NCBI GenBank assembly: GCA_963693365.1
Contig: CAVNZM010000003.1
Location: 5,519,999 to 5,583,998 of the forward strand
DNA: 64,000 bases
Reading direction: 5' to 3'
Source: Amoebidium appalachense
Lineage: Eukaryota; Protista; Ichthyosporea
Positions 53,541 to 63,288 of the stretch are shown here, piece by piece; the first letter of the stretch is position 1; each line of letters begins with the position of its first letter. The notes under the pieces were generated by a model. That model was not told the origin of the DNA. It ran no database searches and saw only the letters and a list, made by a program, of their open reading frames with translations. A program made the translations under genes and the position numbers.

Positions 53541-54044
53541 CTAGAACTCAACCAGCTTGCCATGTTGCTTCTCGCTCTCCGGCACTTGTGCGGCCATCAC
53601 ATACGTGACCTGCGATTCCGATGCAGCCACACCGGACTTGTTTGACCACGCATCCAACGGCCATTTCTTGACGGCTTTTCTCATGTAGCAATAGCCTTTT
53701 GGCCGCTTCCCGTCCATATCCTGCCATGGCGAATAGCCCACCTGTTGGCATCCGCTCATAGATTGGCATCGGTTAATGCACTGACTGGCCGACGTGTACC
53801 CATAGTTCACCGGGTCTTGCCAGTCGTTAAACGTGTTGTCCGTGCTGTGGTCCCCCACTTGGTCGAAAGCATACCACTGTGTCCGTGCGACTGCAGGGGT
53901 ACTGTCGTTTTTGCCGGGGCCAGGCTTAGGGGTACTGTCGTTTTTGCCAGGGGCAGGTTTGGGTTCGTACTTGATGTATGCCCATGCCAACACACCGATA
54001 GTAAGCATTAGAATGATTAAGGCAATCGCATTTGACAAGTCCAT
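53541..54044 (-). CDS. Membrane-anchored PAN/Apple-like domain protein
   Basis: N-terminal TM, duplicated PKPxPGKNDST, SASQCINRCQSMSGCQQVGY...CYMR. Confidence 0.65.
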   Translation of the reverse strand: MDLSNAIALIILMLTIGVLAWAYIKYEPKPAPGKNDSTPKPGPGKNDSTPAVARTQWYAFDQVGDHSTDNTFNDWQDPVNYGYTSASQCINRCQSMSGCQQVGYSPWQDMDGKRPKGYCYMRKAVKKWPLDAWSNKSGVAASESQVTYVMAAQVPESEKQHGKLVEF

Positions 54045-54124
54045 TCTTCTTGCGCAAATTAAAAGCTGGCGTGGCTGAACAAAACAAAGAATGGACAGGC
54101 CAACTCTGGTTTTCCGAGAAATGA

Positions 54125-54520
54125 TTAACGTCTGATGAGCGTGCAACGGCACTCCCAGTTGGATGCGTTCACCCCGGCGGGTGGTGCGGGCGGGTCCACG
54201 GGCATCGTGGGCATGGGTTCGTCGGTTGGGTCGCCTTCAGTGATGGAGGTGGGGATCTCGAATACGTCGGTGTCCGTTTCGGTGGGAGTTTCCGAGGCCG
54301 AGGTGGTTTCGATGGTTTGAATCGAAGCGGCGGCTGTGGTGGTGGCTGCAACGGTCTCCACGTGCGTCAGGGTCGCCCACCACGTCTTTGTTTCGGCAGT
54401 GGAGCTGGGCGGCACGTGCGCGGTGGTTGCCGCAAGGGTTGCCGAGCTCGCAAACACCAGGCACTCGGGGGCCGCAAGGACCAGTGCAAGCAGGGGGGGA
54501 CACAGGAGCAGCGCACGCAT
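54125..54520 (-). CDS. Secreted Thr-rich (mucin-like) protein
   Basis: Signal MRALLLCPPLLALVLA and T/E/P-rich body. Confidence 0.65.
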   Translation of the reverse strand: MRALLLCPPLLALVLAAPECLVFASSATLAATTAHVPPSSTAETKTWWATLTHVETVAATTTAAASIQTIETTSASETPTETDTDVFEIPTSITEGDPTDEPMPTMPVDPPAPPAGVNASNWECRCTLIRR

Positions 54521-54540
54521 TGATAGATGGCTACAAAATA

Positions 54541-55128
54541 TCAGAGCTCGAGCAGCGCCAGAAAAAGCGTCAGGCCCGGGAACGGGAACAGGTCCACGCA
54601 CACGCGCACGCGCCACACGTGCAGCAGGCACAGCGCAAGGTTGACGCCGCGGAACCCATACTGCATGGTGGGGCTCGTGTCTGCGACCGAGGACACAAAC
54701 CACGAGGGCATGGGCAGGGGCCCCACGCCGAGCACGCCGATGGAGAAGGCCACGCCGAGCTCCACGCGGCCCTGGGGCGGTGCGCTAGGTGGGGGGAGAG
54801 CCGGCAGGTCTTTGTCGTGCAGACGCACCCGCACGCCCGCCAGACCCGTGTCGGGAACGTGGTTGGGCTGCGGGAGCGGGCAGTCGCTGAACCCAAAAGA
54901 GCTCGCCTGAGCCGGGTCATCGGTGAACGTGACGACGTTGGCCTCGGGCAGCGCCCTCCAGTACATGCGTGTCTCACCGAGCATGGCGGTGACCTTGTCG
55001 CCGTCACGCCGCCACCGCAGGCCCATGCCCGTGTGCCTCGTGTTGGCCAGGTCCTCGGGCCACTCCACCGGGCAGCTGAGCAGCGCGAGGTTGCGGCTGA
55101 CGAAGCGGTCGCCGTGCGTGATGTGCAT
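54541..55128 (-). CDS. Hypothetical viral protein (195 aa)
   Basis: ORF packed between neighbouring genes. Confidence 0.5.
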   Translation of the reverse strand: MHITHGDRFVSRNLALLSCPVEWPEDLANTRHTGMGLRWRRDGDKVTAMLGETRMYWRALPEANVVTFTDDPAQASSFGFSDCPLPQPNHVPDTGLAGVRVRLHDKDLPALPPPSAPPQGRVELGVAFSIGVLGVGPLPMPSWFVSSVADTSPTMQYGFRGVNLALCLLHVWRVRVCVDLFPFPGLTLFLALLEL

Positions 55129-55176
55129 GCACTACAGGAAGATTAAGCCGGCACAAAATGCGCCCGTGACGTAACA

Positions 55177-55542
55177 ATGCAGCTGGTACTCCTGCTCATG
55201 GCCCTCTGCGTGACCACCCTGCTTGCGCTTGCGCTGCGAGATGCGGTGCGCACGGTGTTCGGTCGTGACCCGCCCTGCGACGCACCCGCCTGTGCCGCCC
55301 TGCTTTATGACAAGCGCCTGGCCGCGGGCTGGGAGGCCGACACAGCCCGTTTTGGCGAATGTGGCCGGTGCCCGCGCATGGAAGTTTCCAATGTCAACGG
55401 CCTGCGCTACTGGAACGAGGAGAAGGGTCAATGGTTCTCGGCACAGATGTCCTATGCCGACTTTGCCACACGCCTGGGCGACGACCGCACCGCCTGGCTC
55501 GCGCGGCTGGCCGCTGCGCTGAGAAGGGAGGTCCTCCGCTGA
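55177..55542 (+). CDS. Signal/TM-bearing small Cys-containing protein
   Basis: MQLVLLLMALCVTTLLALAL; a fragment is duplicated at ~59360-59400. Confidence 0.6.
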   Translation: MQLVLLLMALCVTTLLALALRDAVRTVFGRDPPCDAPACAALLYDKRLAAGWEADTARFGECGRCPRMEVSNVNGLRYWNEEKGQWFSAQMSYADFATRLGDDRTAWLARLAAALRREVLR

Positions 55543-55584
55543 GGCAGGGATCAATCCACCTCAATTCTTGACCTTTTGATGCCC

Positions 55585-57090
55585 TCAGGGGAGGAGGCGC
55601 GCCGCTTGTTCTCGGACCTCGTTCACAAGCTGCTCGCCGTCCTTGCGTGTTGGCAGTCCTGCATCCTTGAGCTCGGCATCGGTCAATACGAGAACTTTCT
55701 TGGAAAGCACCATGTCCACGACCTCTCGGTAACGCTCCTGTTGATTGACGCCGTCTTGCGCCCACCAATCCGCAGTTTGATACATCTTAGCCCCGTAGAG
55801 TTCGACCAGGCGCTTTCCGTACATCGCGATCGTCCCCCCGACCTTATAAACCGCTTGGAATCCCCCATCCCTTGCGATTTTCGTCTTGATGAAGTTGCAG
55901 ATCCGCTCGCCTATGGTGTGCCCATCCGCACCCGGTATGGACGACCAGTCGGCTTGTGAAGTCCGCAACAGTATGTAAATACTCAACCAAGACGCACAGG
56001 CCCCATCGACCACCTCGTCTCTGTCAAACAATTCGTCGTACAATGTCCTTTTTCCATGAAGATTTTGCAAATCAGTGCAAACACTTTCGGGTTTGAGGGA
56101 TCGAAGTATGTCTTTCAGCTTGCCTGTGGGATCAGCGCTTCTCATGAATGAGACAAGGGCTTTTGTCAACGTGCTACTCGGGGCATGGACATTGAAGAAC
56201 TCCAGAACTATACTCGACTTGTCACCTGAAACGAGTATGATGACAGAAGCATGGTGCACTTCACCTGTGTATATAATAAAGTAGGGCACCCGTTGGGGGT
56301 CAGTCAGCCATTGGAACAACATTGTCGCGAGTTCGTTCCTAAAAAAGAACTTCCATTTAGGCATCGATATGGTGGTCATGAAGCCATCGTTCCTGAGATT
56401 CCTAAACGATTGCTGGACAGTCATTGACTCGTTGTTGGGTTGTGTACGGAGCAATTCTCCGGGGGCGAAAATTGTGGACTTCGGAAGATATGTCTGTAGC
56501 ATTACTATAGTATTGGTTCTCCCCTCTACTGCAGGCGAAGTCCACACAGACCCCACCCCTATCAAATCTTTTATGGACCCCGAAATTTGTTGGGCCCCGC
56601 GGTACAGTTTGTCAAACAAGAAGTCTGCTACCGAATCCTCCTGCAAATATGGGGGTGTTGGGTTCCCAGGGATGGTACTCTTTTTGTACTCCTCGATCTG
56701 GTATGGGGCGTGCTTCACCATGATCTCCTTGAAAGCATTGCCCCTCTTGTCCAACATGAAGTTTCGAACCGAATCGTAAGTTGTGTCGAAGGTGCGTATC
56801 CCAGGACTATCTTGGTTCTCGAACTCGATATTCACGGAGTAGCCATCCTGTTGCGCATCGAACCGGAGACGTTTAACACAGGCAAGATACACCGGGATCG
56901 TGTCGGGTTCTGTGCTTTCCAGGGAGAGGGAGAGGCAACCGTTTTCCGGTGTCCATGCGTACGTCTGAGTGCTGGGGGAGACCGGCGTTTCTTCCACAAA
57001 ATGTTCTGCATTTTTCTTTACGAACCTGAAAAAGCAGCGCGGCTTCACGGGAAATCTTTCCACTACATCCCTCCCTCGCCCGTGTGCCAT
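55585..57090 (-). CDS. Putative CE-clan cysteine protease, paralog 2
   Basis: HHASVIILV..LEFFN..DLQ..GACASW; full-length similarity to 46165..47676. Confidence 0.6.
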   Translation of the reverse strand: MAHGRGRDVVERFPVKPRCFFRFVKKNAEHFVEETPVSPSTQTYAWTPENGCLSLSLESTEPDTIPVYLACVKRLRFDAQQDGYSVNIEFENQDSPGIRTFDTTYDSVRNFMLDKRGNAFKEIMVKHAPYQIEEYKKSTIPGNPTPPYLQEDSVADFLFDKLYRGAQQISGSIKDLIGVGSVWTSPAVEGRTNTIVMLQTYLPKSTIFAPGELLRTQPNNESMTVQQSFRNLRNDGFMTTISMPKWKFFFRNELATMLFQWLTDPQRVPYFIIYTGEVHHASVIILVSGDKSSIVLEFFNVHAPSSTLTKALVSFMRSADPTGKLKDILRSLKPESVCTDLQNLHGKRTLYDELFDRDEVVDGACASWLSIYILLRTSQADWSSIPGADGHTIGERICNFIKTKIARDGGFQAVYKVGGTIAMYGKRLVELYGAKMYQTADWWAQDGVNQQERYREVVDMVLSKKVLVLTDAELKDAGLPTRKDGEQLVNEVREQAARLLP

Positions 57091-57141
57091 CTATAGATTC
57101 AACACCCCAAAACTTTGGTGGCTTCGATTGTGTTCGCTTGT

Positions 57142-59283
57142 TTACTGCCCGGGTGGCCTGTAATGCCTGAGCTGTCTCCTTTGCCTTTTGGTGGTCCTCA
57201 GGGCATGCGTTGTTCCAGACCGCGTCCACCGGGTATTGCCAGCCGGTCCTAATGGCAAGTCTTCAACCACCGGTCTAACCGGCGACTCCACACCTGTAAA
57301 CTGAAAAACCCCTGCATCGTGCAATCCCTGGACCCCTGCGGCGATGATGAGCATCCTCGCAAATATGGGGTCGCCGTCTGCCGCCGCCAATGGATCCCCC
57401 CGGGGTTCTGCCCCAGAAAGGAGTATGATGGCTGCTGTTTCGCTGGGGTAGGCATCAAACCGTCCCGTCCAATCATTAGTGTGGTTGTGGAAGCGATCCG
57501 GGAGCAAGCCGTTGATCGCCCTGTACATTCTCTCTACGTATGCCTCTAACTCCGCGGTCGACGGGGCCGGTCTGAAATTTGCGCGCAGGGCTTCTAGGCG
57601 TCTAAGTTTCGTGTACCTGATCCACTTCTGCAGCGCGTTGTAAACCCCTTCTGGGATCCTCATGTCCTCTTCATCCATGGGAGAAATCGTCCGGGTGAGC
57701 CAGTCTGACAGGTCCAATGGAGACGGCAACCTGTGGAACAGCATCCGTGGCGGCGGTGGGTGGTACACCCCGTTCGGCTGTCTCGCCAGCCAGTCAAGAA
57801 CCTGCCTCACGGCTTCGATCCTGGTCTCGGGTTGTGCAATCTGTACCGCAGCCCTCAGGTCGCGGAGCTCGTCGGAAAGGGTGTCGGGTGCATTGTTGTC
57901 TGGTGGCTGCACCTCCGGGTCGTCATCAGGGACCACAAACGCGCGGTCCTCCTCGTCCTCTTCGTCTTTAGCGTCTGCCTCTTCTGCGTCCAAATCTGCC
58001 TTCAGCATTTTGCCCAAATCTTCTTTCATTTGACGTCGTCTGGCGATCTCGAGCGCACCGCGCGCGAACAACTCAAACTTGTCAACAAGCTCCCACTTGT
58101 GCTCATAACAAAGCCGATTCGCCTGGTGCGGAGAGTCAGCGGTCAACGTAGCAAATAGTTTGACAAGGCCTTGTGCGGTCCATTCGAAAATGTTCGCATC
58201 ATCTTCATCGCCCTCCGCGTGCGAAAGATCCATGGCAGACCCGGACACCGGTGCAGTGCTACCAGATGGAGCCTGGGGCATCGAATCCGAATCCGGGGCT
58301 TCGGGTTCTACAGCCATTTCGACATCGCCATTGTGGGGACGTTGTTGCATGTTTGGAATGACGCCACCGTGGCTTGCTATCATCTCGTTGAGAGCCAACT
58401 GGAAGATTCCGACATATTTGCCGCCAATACTGGTGGCGCGTTTCATAAGTTTCTTCCGGACTTCCTCCACCACAGCTTCGTCTAGCATTTCAGTTTCGAC
58501 GGCCCTTTCCCATGCTTCGTTATCACCCATTGGTATATCACGTATCCGTGCCGCGGCGTACGAGGGAAACAACTCATCTGCGTACCTGAATATGTACTCT
58601 CTCTTGGTGAGCCCCTCGGACATGTACAGAGCTGTTTCCAGGCGCTTGAGACGATTGGCCCTGCGAGCAGCCCTGCACCACAGCGCGTCTGTGATCTGGG
58701 CGCGGATTTCCGGATCATCCATAATATTTTGAATGGCATTCTCGTCCCCATTGCGCTTGGCCGCCTTTACCTCTTCGCGCACGGCGGGGCTCACCAGATC
58801 TTCCAGATTTTCGCGTATGTAGGGGTCGCGGTTCTCAGGCTCCCCGCCCCACAAGGTTGACACCTTTCGCACCATCCCAGACTCGGAGAGTGCCTGGCGG
58901 GCCACGCGCATGAACACCAGCGTTTCGATTATTAGGTCTTCCATCCCCCGTCCTTCGGGCATTTCCAGGCCCTGCTGTTGCAGGCGCTCAATCGCCCGCT
59001 GCACCGTGCCGTTGTCCACGGCCTCCTGAACAGCGCGCTTGTTCGGCCACCAGTTTCTACCTGTCCGGAGCGCACTTATGTCTGCCGGGTCGGCGCAGAA
59101 CCAGTCGTCGACCGTCGTGCCAGGCTCAACAACCCCTGCAGCTTCCAGGACTTCAAAATACGCATCTGAGAAGGGGTCCGTGTCCTCGTCCTCCATGCTG
59201 TCCGTGCCCTCGTCCTCCATGCTGTCCGTGTCCTCGTCCTCCATGTTTTCCACCAAGTCCAGATCCTCCAGAATATTCGCCAT
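57142..59283 (-). CDS. Large acidic helical protein of unknown function (~713 aa) with 24-bp DSMEDEDT repeats
   Basis: Long ORF starting MANILED. Confidence 0.75.
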   Translation of the reverse strand: MANILEDLDLVENMEDEDTDSMEDEGTDSMEDEDTDPFSDAYFEVLEAAGVVEPGTTVDDWFCADPADISALRTGRNWWPNKRAVQEAVDNGTVQRAIERLQQQGLEMPEGRGMEDLIIETLVFMRVARQALSESGMVRKVSTLWGGEPENRDPYIRENLEDLVSPAVREEVKAAKRNGDENAIQNIMDDPEIRAQITDALWCRAARRANRLKRLETALYMSEGLTKREYIFRYADELFPSYAAARIRDIPMGDNEAWERAVETEMLDEAVVEEVRKKLMKRATSIGGKYVGIFQLALNEMIASHGGVIPNMQQRPHNGDVEMAVEPEAPDSDSMPQAPSGSTAPVSGSAMDLSHAEGDEDDANIFEWTAQGLVKLFATLTADSPHQANRLCYEHKWELVDKFELFARGALEIARRRQMKEDLGKMLKADLDAEEADAKDEEDEEDRAFVVPDDDPEVQPPDNNAPDTLSDELRDLRAAVQIAQPETRIEAVRQVLDWLARQPNGVYHPPPPRMLFHRLPSPLDLSDWLTRTISPMDEEDMRIPEGVYNALQKWIRYTKLRRLEALRANFRPAPSTAELEAYVERMYRAINGLLPDRFHNHTNDWTGRFDAYPSETAAIILLSGAEPRGDPLAAADGDPIFARMLIIAAGVQGLHDAGVFQFTGVESPVRPVVEDLPLGPAGNTRWTRSGTTHALRTTKRQRRQLRHYRPPGQ

Positions 59284-59489
59284 ACCCGGGACCCCAAAAA
59301 GATTGCTACATGTGCACGTCCGGCGCACTTTCCGTGTTGATGCAGTTTACTGCGAGCTGGGGCTGTACGACAAGCGGCTGGCAGCCTGGGAGGCCGACAC
59401 CAACCGTGCCGGGCGTCGGGGCCCCCGTTCTCCTGGTCTGAAGGTATAAAAGGGCGACGCCCGTGCAAAACCGGTCATTCTGACACAGC

Positions 59490-60203
59490 ATGGCTGGCGA
59501 GCAGAACAAAAAAGGCGACATGTCGATGCTCTGGAAGGAGTTCCCCCAGTTTAAATTGATTAGGGTGCACGGAGAGGGGCATGATACGAAGTTTAGCGTT
59601 CTGGACACATTGACCATCATGCTTGGTAACAGTGCCGCTGCCCGTCAAGCATGGAAGTCGTTTAAAAGCAGTCCTAGTCTATCCACAGTTTCAAGTGTTT
59701 CTGTTATCCGTATCAATGGCAAAGGCACGCCGACGCCGGTAGCACCTTGGGATGGGATGCGCCAGATAGTTGCGGCCATCCTCCCTGGTTGCAGAATATC
59801 AGCCGACAGAAAGACCTACTGGGCTTCCAAGTTTGAATTGCCGGTAGGTGTGATGATGCAAACCTACATCGAAAGTGAAACAATCTCTGTTATCCGGCGG
59901 TGCACGGCGTACTTTGAAAGCTCGCTACAATTCTGCGTAAAACCCTACCGGATCGATCTCTATTTTCCGGCTCTTAATCTGGCAGTCGAGTGCGATGAGC
60001 ACAACCATGATGGTCGCAACCCAGTGTATGAGGAGGAGCGCCAGAACTACATAACCAAGGCTCTGGGATGCCGGTGGCTGCGCTACAACCCGCACGCAGA
60101 GGGATTCTGTGTGTACAGCGTAGTGAATGACATTGTGACGATTGCAATGGGTGGACTGGAGGGTATAAAAGACCACGTATCCGGGGAGAACCCGTCATTC
60201 TGA
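59490..60203 (+). CDS. Bro-N-like domain fused to a DUF559/Vsr-like endonuclease
   Basis: Shares its N-terminus with 44408/60210; C-terminal QF..YRIDLYFP..LAVECDEHNH..RWLRYNP. Confidence 0.8.
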   Translation: MAGEQNKKGDMSMLWKEFPQFKLIRVHGEGHDTKFSVLDTLTIMLGNSAAARQAWKSFKSSPSLSTVSSVSVIRINGKGTPTPVAPWDGMRQIVAAILPGCRISADRKTYWASKFELPVGVMMQTYIESETISVIRRCTAYFESSLQFCVKPYRIDLYFPALNLAVECDEHNHDGRNPVYEEERQNYITKALGCRWLRYNPHAEGFCVYSVVNDIVTIAMGGLEGIKDHVSGENPSF

Positions 60204-60209
60204 CACGGC

Positions 60210-61142
60210 ATGGCTGGTGAGCAGAACAAAAAAGGCGACATATCGCTTCTCTGGAGGGAGTTCCCCCAGTTCAAGGGCACCGTCCTACGTGTTGACGAGG
60301 ATACGAAGATGGCGAGTGTCCTGGATACCGCAACCATTGTGCTTGGAAACCGAGACGCGGCTCGACAAGCCTGGAAGGCCCTGAAGGATAGCAAGGATCC
60401 ACCCGTGAGTGAACTCGTGAGTCAGACTCATGGGTTGAAAATCAACGGCAAGGGTAACCAGACTGATGTGGCCCCCTTCCGTGTCCTCCTCGAGATCATC
60501 TTCCTGCTTCCCGGCAAGCGCGCCCACGAGTTCCGCAGGACGTGTGCCACCTACATAGCCCGGCTGCTTTCCGGCGACGTCTCCCTCATCCCCGAGATTG
60601 AGGCGCGCTACGACGCCAGCACCCCCGAGGAGCGTGAGTTCTTCCGCAACGGCACCGACGAGACCCCCGACCGCAAGCGGCGCCGCGAGGAGCTGGAGGA
60701 GGAGCGTCGCCTGCGCGTGAAGCGGGAGGAGGCCGAGGTCGAGCGCATGCACATTGAGAACGAGCGCATGAAGGAGGAGAACGGGCGCATGCGTGTGGAG
60801 AACATCAAGAGCTACCGCAGCCTCCTCGAGGAGTTCGGCCTCGACAGGGACCCGCGCATGCGCATGCTGCTCAACGACGCCGTGGCCAACGTGCTCGTGC
60901 CCGCCGGCGAGCGTGCGGCCATCGAGGAGTCTGCGATCGGCGGGTACGTGACCGTCGGGAAGTTCCTCGTCGACCGGGGCATCACCGACAGGTCCAGCAG
61001 CACGGTCGGCCGGATGCTCGCACGCACGTGGCGCGAGCAGGAGGGCTGCGAGCCCGAGGAGACGTTGAAGATGGTGCAGGGGGACCTGCGCCCGGTCAAG
61101 GTGTACCCCGTGCGCTTCCTGGAGAAGCACGTGCTGGGGTAG
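60210..61142 (+). CDS. Bro-N-like DNA-binding protein with coiled coil, paralog 2
   Basis: Full-length paralog of 44408..45325, with identical EEREFFRNGTDETPDRKRRREELEEERR. Confidence 0.8.
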   Translation: MAGEQNKKGDISLLWREFPQFKGTVLRVDEDTKMASVLDTATIVLGNRDAARQAWKALKDSKDPPVSELVSQTHGLKINGKGNQTDVAPFRVLLEIIFLLPGKRAHEFRRTCATYIARLLSGDVSLIPEIEARYDASTPEEREFFRNGTDETPDRKRRREELEEERRLRVKREEAEVERMHIENERMKEENGRMRVENIKSYRSLLEEFGLDRDPRMRMLLNDAVANVLVPAGERAAIEESAIGGYVTVGKFLVDRGITDRSSSTVGRMLARTWREQEGCEPEETLKMVQGDLRPVKVYPVRFLEKHVLG

Positions 61143-61566
61143 CCTGTCATCCCCAACAATTGGCAGGGCTGCTGTGGGGATGGCGGGTTCGGGTGTGTTT
61201 TGTATCATCTGGCTGGCCAGGTGTGTAAAATTCGGGGCCCGGGATGCAAGTTTGGTCCAACGGGATTGCATTGCATTTTTTTTATTTGGAGCGCACCTGG
61301 CCACTCTCAAAATAAATAAAGATATTTGCGAATGAGTTGAAACAGACTGGCTGGGTCTCGTGATCTAATGTGGGGCGCTCTGATTGGCTGAAACATCGGA
61401 GCACTGGCTTTGAATTTCTGCGCGTTCTGATTGGTCAGAGTGTGAATCCCGGGCTCGATTGATCTTGGCCGTTTTCGACCAATCAGATCGAATAGCGGGT
61501 GAATCTGATTCAAGCATTATTGAAAGGGATGCTCCGTGGATCGATCGATATTGACTGAGGTTCTGT

Positions 61567-61860
61567 TTTGGTTCACCGGATTTTGGCCGGGGATCGCGCG
61601 ACATCATTTTGGGGTTCACTGGATATTGGCTGGGGGTCGCGCGACATCATTTTGGGGTTCACTGGATTTTGGCTGGGGATCGCGCGACATCGTTTTGGGG
61701 TTCACCGGATTTTGGCTGGGGATCGCGCGACATCATTTTGGGGTTCACTGGATATTGGCTGGGGGTCGCGCGACTTCGTTTTGGGGTTCGCTGGATATTG
61801 GCCGGGGATGGCGCGACTTCGTTTTGGGGTTCGCTGGATATTGGCCGGGGATGGCGCCAA
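61567..61860. repeat. 43-bp tandem repeat x7 (TTTTGGGGTTCACTGGATATTGGCTGGGGGTCGCGCGACATCA) in a ~1-kb intergenic gap
   Basis: 43-bp periodicity at 61607, 61650, 61693, 61736, 61779, 61822. Confidence 0.92.
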
Positions 61861-62203
61861 TTTAGTTTTGTGTTTACTAGGATTTTCGTCGTACACGAAT
61901 TGGGGTTCACCGGATATTGACCGAGGATTTGTTTTTGGTCGATCGGATATTGGCAAACCCTGCGCTGCTTTGACCGTTTATTGGAGAACCCTACACCTGC
62001 CTCTTCATTGAATATTCACCAACTTCGCGCTAGCTTCACCTGATATTGGCCAAACCTGCGCTGCTTTGACCGTTTTTTGACCCCTTCGCGCTGAAGCCAC
62101 CCTGGTTCACCCGATATTCACCCAGACCGGCCGGGCGCGCCGCCCCCAAGTTTCTGGTGAGTTTGGCACCGACCCCACCCCAGATTATCTCCCCCTCCAC
62201 TTG

Positions 62204-62878
62204 ATGAAGGTCCTGGACATGTGCATCCCCTACCACGACGATGACTGTCGCATCATCGGCGCCGGCGTACTACCCTACGCCGTGCACGACCGTCGCGTGC
62301 TGTTCCTCCTCGGACAGGAGGACAGTGACGGGAGGTACGGGGTGTTTGGCGGGAGGCTCAAGGCGGGCCTGACCGTGGAGGAGACCACGGTCATGGAGTT
62401 CTACGAGGAGACACTGGACACTGTGATCCCCCGCCCGATGCTCGAGGGCATCCTGCGGGACCGGGCGTACGTGCTCAGGTTTGCGGGAGCGGCCGGTCAG
62501 AACCGCTACTTTATTACGTATATGGTGCAGATCCCATTTGACCCGCACCTGCCGCACCGGTTCCGGGCTGCGCGCCAGGCGCTGTCGGCAGGCCAGCTGG
62601 CTCTGCCGGGGTCGACAGAGGTGCGCGACGGCACGCTGCGCGTCAAGTACGACTTCCTGGAGAAGCGCAACATGCAGTGGTTCCTCGCGGACGAGGTGTT
62701 CGAGGTGGCGCTCAAGTCGCGCTGGAACCACCCGGTGCCGGGGATGGCCGGCAACCCGATGTTTCGGCGGCCGTTCCTGGCGGGCCTCAACAGCCTGGTG
62801 CAGTACTTCAACATGGGGCTGTTCCTCAAGGACCTGGCGTGGTGCGAGACTATGACGCCTAGAGCTGCGGCACGGTGA
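62204..62878 (+). CDS. Nudix-fold protein (NCLDV decapping-enzyme-like) with a degenerate Nudix box
   Basis: GAGVLPY..FLLGQE..FGGRLKAGLTVEETTVMEFYEET..FLEK..MQWF. Confidence 0.8.
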   Translation: MKVLDMCIPYHDDDCRIIGAGVLPYAVHDRRVLFLLGQEDSDGRYGVFGGRLKAGLTVEETTVMEFYEETLDTVIPRPMLEGILRDRAYVLRFAGAAGQNRYFITYMVQIPFDPHLPHRFRAARQALSAGQLALPGSTEVRDGTLRVKYDFLEKRNMQWFLADEVFEVALKSRWNHPVPGMAGNPMFRRPFLAGLNSLVQYFNMGLFLKDLAWCETMTPRAAAR

Positions 62879-63251
62879 CGGACGTGGTGACGGTGCCGGA
62901 CACGAAGATCGGCCGGTACTGCTTGAACTCGCGCGGCGTCATATCGGCCAGGCGCACGAGCCCCAGCGACTCGGGGTCGCCCCCCAGCACCAGCCGGTTC
63001 GCCAGCAGTGCGTCGCAGCCGTGCTGCACGGCCGCCGGCAGGTACTGGTCTGGGGGCATGGCCTTGAGGCCCGTGGTGGGCAGAAAGTAGAGCGGGCGCG
63101 TGGACGCCCACACGGTCACGCGGGTCGAGTCCACGGTCAGCGTGCCCATGAGACGGTTGGTGACCAGGACGGGCGAGCAGTCGGCGTCCGTGGTGACGAA
63201 GAAGGTCTGCACCGGCGCGCACACGATGGGCTGCGAGGCGACGGCACCCAT
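62859..63251 (-). CDS. Hypothetical protein, possibly myristoylated (MGAVAS)
   Basis: ORF preceded by GGTATAAAGG. Confidence 0.55.
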   Translation of the reverse strand: MGAVASQPIVCAPVQTFFVTTDADCSPVLVTNRLMGTLTVDSTRVTVWASTRPLYFLPTTGLKAMPPDQYLPAAVQHGCDALLANRLVLGGDPESLGLVRLADMTPREFKQYRPIFVSGTVTTSVTVPQL

Positions 63252-63288
63252 ACTGAGACTGGGCGCAACAATTGCGGACGAGCTCCCT

